Shown piece after piece: positions 7,232-10,165 of a stretch of 10,165 nucleotides of DNA. The position numbers and the translations under genes were made by a program. This stretch comes from Pseudomonadota bacterium (GTDB lineage: Bacteria; Bdellovibrionota; FAC87; UBA2466), in NCBI GenBank assembly GCA_043718025.1, contig JAYSWN010000120.1, forward strand, positions 1 through 10,165. Reading direction: 5' to 3'. The notes beneath the pieces are model-generated. The model made no database searches, was not told the DNA's origin, and saw only the letters and a list, made by a program, of their open reading frames with translations. Within the stretch, counting starts at the first letter, position 1. Each line of letters opens with the position of its first letter.

Positions 7232-7513
7232 CTAAGCAACTCGTTTCGGAGTGATTTTGAAGTCGTACCCTAACTCGCGCAGTACATTTAAGAGCACATC
7301 AAACGTTACCTTTGCGGTTCCGACTCCCGACTCGATCTGTGCGATCCTTCCCTGACTTACTCCAATTTTCTTTGCAAGCACCGCCTGGGAAAGACCCTTG
7401 TCTTTTCTCGCTTCCGTAATCAATTCGATCAATTTCTGTTTCTCTCGGACTTCGGCAGCATTAACCCCCAACGATTTGGCGAGTTTTTCAAAATTTGTTT
7501 CTTTCCAAGCCAT
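7232..7513 (-). CDS. XRE-family HTH antitoxin (HigA-like), copy 2, intact
   Basis: 80/93 aa identical to 824-1105 by manual count; AAGGAGG RBS retained. Confidence 0.9.
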   Translation of the reverse strand: MAWKETNFEKLAKSLGVNAAEVREKQKLIELITEARKDKGLSQAVLAKKIGVSQGRIAQIESGVGTAKVTFDVLLNVLRELGYDFKITPKRVA

Positions 7514-7514
7514 C

Positions 7515-7719
7515 TCAAACCTCCTTCTTTGAACCGTAGTTCGTGAAGACCATGGTGGATGCTCGAAAGGTTTCGGCTCAGGGGCATTGAAAGCACTTTG
7601 CCTTGCTCAAAAAGCGAAATCGCATCCAAGAACTCTCCTTGAACCTCTTTCGAGCATTCACGAAGAAACGTTTCTACTGGGCTTCTTCCGGATGTGGTTG
7701 CATAGAAGCGTATCTTCAC
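7515..7719 (-). pseudogene. HigB/Gp49-like toxin copy 2 with a 128-bp frameshifting deletion
   Basis: Matches toxin 1 up to HELRFK, then joins directly to AAGGAGGTTTGA (original K-E-V-stop, TGA at 7517-7515, now out of frame). The segment equivalent to ~1119-1246 is missing. Confidence 0.85.
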
Positions 7720-7726
7720 ATTTTCC

Positions 7727-7759
7727 ATTATAAGCTATAACTAATAATTAGTTCAAGCT
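7727..7759 (-). promoter_or_regulatory. Promoter/operator of TA copy 2
   Basis: 7727-7768 is identical to 1447-1488 (42 bp). Confidence 0.75.
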
Positions 7760-7773
7760 AATACTAGGGCTGT

Positions 7774-7988
7774 GAACCCACACTCGGCCGACAAGCGGAC
7801 TCGTACCCATGTTTTTATTTATGATTTCAATGACTTAGAAAATGGCGGGGCGGACGGGACTAGTCCAAGGCATTTTTGCCAAAGCATTGAGTCGATTCAA
7901 TTAACTAACAAATACTAACGCTTACTCTGATTCGCAAAGTGCGAGAAAGTGCGCCAACTACCCCCTATTTTCCCGCTCTGGTCCCACA
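7774..7988 (-). mobile_element. att junction 3: attP-like site with both arms
   Basis: ACCCACA 7776; IHF-like TTTCAATGACTTA 7825-7837 after an AT tract; core 7843-7861 (reverse complement AGTCCCGTCCGCCCCGCCA); GGACTAGTCC 7857-7866; near-palindrome ATTGAGTCGATTCAAT 7886-7901; TCCCACA 7982. Confidence 0.8.
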
Positions 7989-8039
7989 TTTGCCTTTCCT
8001 AAGGGAGTTCCGCCGCTTCACGGAGGAGCGTTAGAATCA

Positions 8040-8083
8040 CACTTGAATCAATGTTAGCGCATATGCTAGCATTGATTCAAGTG
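8040..8083 (+). promoter_or_regulatory. Long inverted repeat overlapping the promoter of the third TA locus (operator)
   Basis: CACTTGAATCAATG...CATTGATTCAAGTG perfect 14-bp arms plus inner TAGC/GCTA. Contains TTGAAT (8043), 18 bp, TAGCAT (8067) with an extended TG. Confidence 0.7.
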
Positions 8084-8133
8084 GAGGTTTCCTGGCTCGT
8101 TCGCCCACATCTAAGCTTGTCCATCAGGGAAAG

Positions 8134-8469
8134 GTGCTCAGGCTTGAGTTCTACGTTTCTCTAGCTGGAGAAGTGCCGGCCGAGGAATGGCTTGAGAGCC
8201 AATCGGAGGTTAAACAACAGAAGTTCGCTGCGCTCTTTGCTTGGATGGCGGACCAGGGCAAGATCTGGAACGAACGGAAGTTTAAACATCTAACAGGAAG
8301 CGATCAGATATTTGAGTTCAAAGCTGACGAAGGACGAGTGCTCTGTTTTTTCGTGGTCGGCAAGAGACTCATTTTGACTCACGGCTTTAGCAAGAAGGGC
8401 GACAAGACTCCAAAAGGAGAAATCGCGAGAGCAGAGGCAATCAAGAAAGACTTTTTTACGAGGGAATAA
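8134..8469 (+). CDS. RelE/ParE-superfamily toxin (HigB/Gp49-like); start may be the upstream CTG 8092
   Basis: LEFYVSLAGEVPAEEWL, KFKHLTGSDQIFEFK, RVLCFF, LILTHGFSKKGDKTPKGEIARA. Confidence 0.9.
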   Translation: MLRLEFYVSLAGEVPAEEWLESQSEVKQQKFAALFAWMADQGKIWNERKFKHLTGSDQIFEFKADEGRVLCFFVVGKRLILTHGFSKKGDKTPKGEIARAEAIKKDFFTRE

Positions 8470-8471
8470 AT

Positions 8472-8780
8472 GTGAAAGAAACCAAGAAGCAGGTCAGTTG
8501 GTTGGATAAAAAGTTGGCCAATCCGAAGTTCCGCAAGGCTTTTCAGCAGGAATACGCAAAGCTTTCCGTTGGCGAACAGCTTTTGAGGCTCCGTATCGAA
8601 GCGGGGATGACTCAGGCCGAGGTAGCTAAGAAAGTGGGAACTACCGCCTCTGCCATCTCCCGATATGAGAACGCGGAATACGATCGGTACGAGCTGCAGA
8701 CTCTACGTAAAATCGTTGAAGCTTGTGGTGGCAGCCTCCATATTTCGATGAGCTCCACGGACAAGAATAAAGCTGCCTAG
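8472..8780 (+). CDS. XRE-family HTH antitoxin (HigA-like)
   Basis: LANPKFRKAFQQEY N-terminus and HTH LRIEAGMTQAEVAKKVGTTASAISRYEN; 2 bp after the toxin stop. Confidence 0.9.
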   Translation: MKETKKQVSWLDKKLANPKFRKAFQQEYAKLSVGEQLLRLRIEAGMTQAEVAKKVGTTASAISRYENAEYDRYELQTLRKIVEACGGSLHISMSSTDKNKAA

Positions 8781-8799
8781 ACCTTTGGAGTGTCGCAGA

Positions 8800-9501
8800 A
8801 GAGAAAGACCTACCTACAACTCTGCAGATGCCGCTCTACCTGCGTTCAAGAGTGATCTAAAAATCGGCATCACCAAAATCCTGGGATCGTACCTGCGGGC
8901 GACGGCGCAAGCGATTCCGTGCATTCGACCAACGGGCAACTCAGTCCTACATTCAGCACATTCAAGGATTCAAGCTGATGCAGATAATCATGGCCAATTA
9001 CCTAAAACAGGATGCAACCAAGGTCTGGAGAATTCCGTCGAATAGGATCGATATCGTTTTTAGCGACATGATGCTCAATGAAGTGAAAAATATATTTCGC
9101 CCCATCACCGAGACATTTCGAGTGCTAAGGAAAAGAGGACAATTTATTTTTGCAGTGACCCACCCCGACTGAGACCTTTACGAATTCGCGTTAGATTCGG
9201 TCGGTAGGCCGAGGAAGATCCTGAAAGGAGTCCAGTCTTATTTTTGCGAGGGTATTCGAAGTTTGTCATGGGAACGGAAAGTCTAAAACCTGCACCTGGA
9301 CACGAATACTCGGACGCTTTCGAGATCGAGCACTATCAGCGTCCATTAGAGGATTATTTTTCCGCAGTTCTCTCTGCGGGATTTACTATTACCGGTGTTA
9401 AAGAGCCGCGAATTCCCATACGAATGCTACAGAAATTTCCCGGTTATCGAGAAATGACCGCCCATCCAATTGCCCTCATCATTCAATGCAAAAAAAATTA
9501 A
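8800..9501 (+). pseudogene. Class I SAM-dependent methyltransferase pseudogene; 5' boundary approximate
   Basis: Frameshifted motif I-like KIL/DRTCG/DG at 8875-8906; IDIVFSDMMLNEV...FRVLRKRGQFIFAVTHP; in-frame TGA 9170-9172; frameshift at ~9245; then HYQRPLEDYFSAVLSAGFTITGVKEP...PIALII. Confidence 0.75.
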
Positions 9502-9529
9502 TTACCAAGCCGCGAAGGATTTCACGAGA

Positions 9530-9802
9530 CTATCGCTTTAAATGTCTTTCAAATTCGGCACGGTCTTCATCATTTTCAAAAGTGAAACAGAGCATTTTGT
9601 TTCCACTAAGGCCTTTCGTCTGTAAATGGCCTCTTTCCCCTAACGCAAATTGTGGGTCCATTTCAGCCAGAATATCTTGAACGGCTTCCTCCATAAACTC
9701 GTCGAAGTCTACCGGCCTTCCTTTCTCGCGACTCATCTTCTTCATCGCGCGAAGGACTTTTTTTGTGACCTCGGAATCGATAGTCTCTGAGTTGTCGGTC
9801 AT
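9530..9802 (-). CDS. Hypothetical protein (90 aa)
   Basis: AAGGAG 10 nt upstream of ATG 9802 (MTDNSETIDSEV...). Charged, helical, protein-like sequence. The upstream extension to 9985 looks non-coding. Confidence 0.65.
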   Translation of the reverse strand: MTDNSETIDSEVTKKVLRAMKKMSREKGRPVDFDEFMEEAVQDILAEMDPQFALGERGHLQTKGLSGNKMLCFTFENDEDRAEFERHLKR

Positions 9803-9952
9803 TTGGACTGAGCTCCTTGTGATTTGATTGGTCCGGCTAGGAGATATTAAATAGAATTCACTATTGAAAGGAGGCATGGGGAGCGGGCACGAAGAGGAGC
9901 ACGCTCTCCGCCCGTCATTGAAAACACGCCTTGCCGATGGTTTTTCAAATCC

Positions 9953-10141
9953 ATGAAAACCTACAAACATCGGAATAAAGAACAAATCGTATCGGTCGTT
10001 GGCTCCTTCGGTCCGTGGGAGATCAACGCAGAGCCTCTCTTTGATGACTGCGCGATCTGCCGCGAGTTAAGGGCGCAGATCGAGAGAGGGGAAGTGGAGG
10101 AGGTGGTGATTGATTTGGATTCAGATTTGGGTGTTCAATGA
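9953..10141 (+). CDS. Small acidic protein with CxxC (62 aa)
   Basis: FDDCAICREL; stop overlaps the next ATG (ATGA 10138-10141). No clear RBS. Confidence 0.5.
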   Translation: MKTYKHRNKEQIVSVVGSFGPWEINAEPLFDDCAICRELRAQIERGEVEEVVIDLDSDLGVQ

Positions 10142-10165
10142 GTACGGTGCCAGCAAAGGGAAAGG
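10138..10165 (+). CDS. Possible start of the next gene (MSTVPAKGK...), partial
   Basis: ATGA overlap and open frame to the window end; only 9 codons visible. Confidence 0.3.

Larger units (their letters stand above)
7229..7889. repeat. Long diverged direct repeat, copy B
   Basis: Colinear with 821-1607 apart from the 128-bp deletion. Confidence 0.9.

Noticed and set aside
7429..7728. 99-aa ORF as a functional toxin
   Set aside because: Its ATG overlaps the -10 box and its tail is out-of-frame read-through caused by the deletion.
118..7861. Intact tRNA genes at the three cores
   Set aside because: Only 16-19 nt of 3' end are present; no complete T-loop, anticodon arm or D arm.
118..7861. 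CRISPR array or integron attC sites
   Set aside because: Spacing is kilobases, there are no cas genes, and no RYYYAAC...GTTRRRY attC structure was recognised.
8054..8082. dif/pdif site (GCGCATA resembles a XerC arm)
   Set aside because: No TTATGTTAAAT-like XerD arm; better explained as a TA operator.
9170..9172. TGA recoding (Trp/Sec or alternative genetic code)
   Set aside because: The same gene also has frameshifts, and the long intact genes contain no in-frame TGA.
9803..9985. N-terminal extension of the 151-aa ORF
   Set aside because: It crosses the divergent intergenic region and overlaps the opposite ORF; a good RBS precedes ATG 9802.

Overview
Bacterial accessory region with no core genes, integrase or intact RNA gene. 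It is organised by three homologous recombination junctions (118, 1563, 7843). Each carries the reverse complement of a tRNA 3' end (best fit tRNA-Asp, ...CCCGTCCGCCCCGCCA) plus conserved flanking arm sequence, and together they define a tandem array of integrase-less islands. Unit 1 (118-1562, 1445 bp) holds a RelE/HigB-HTH toxin-antitoxin pair and one hypothetical gene. Unit 2 (1563-7842, 6280 bp) holds a secreted caspase-like protease bracketed by a 116-bp direct repeat, a TrhO-like/RluA fusion lacking the rhodanese core, a DUF455 ferritin-like/ATP-grasp fusion, gene remnants, and a diverged second TA copy whose toxin has a 128-bp deletion. Unit 3 (from 7843) holds an unrelated RelE/HigB-HTH pair, a methyltransferase pseudogene and small ORFs. 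The window starts in the 3' end of a probable four-helix-bundle gene. All family assignments are from motif recognition by eye; no searches were run.
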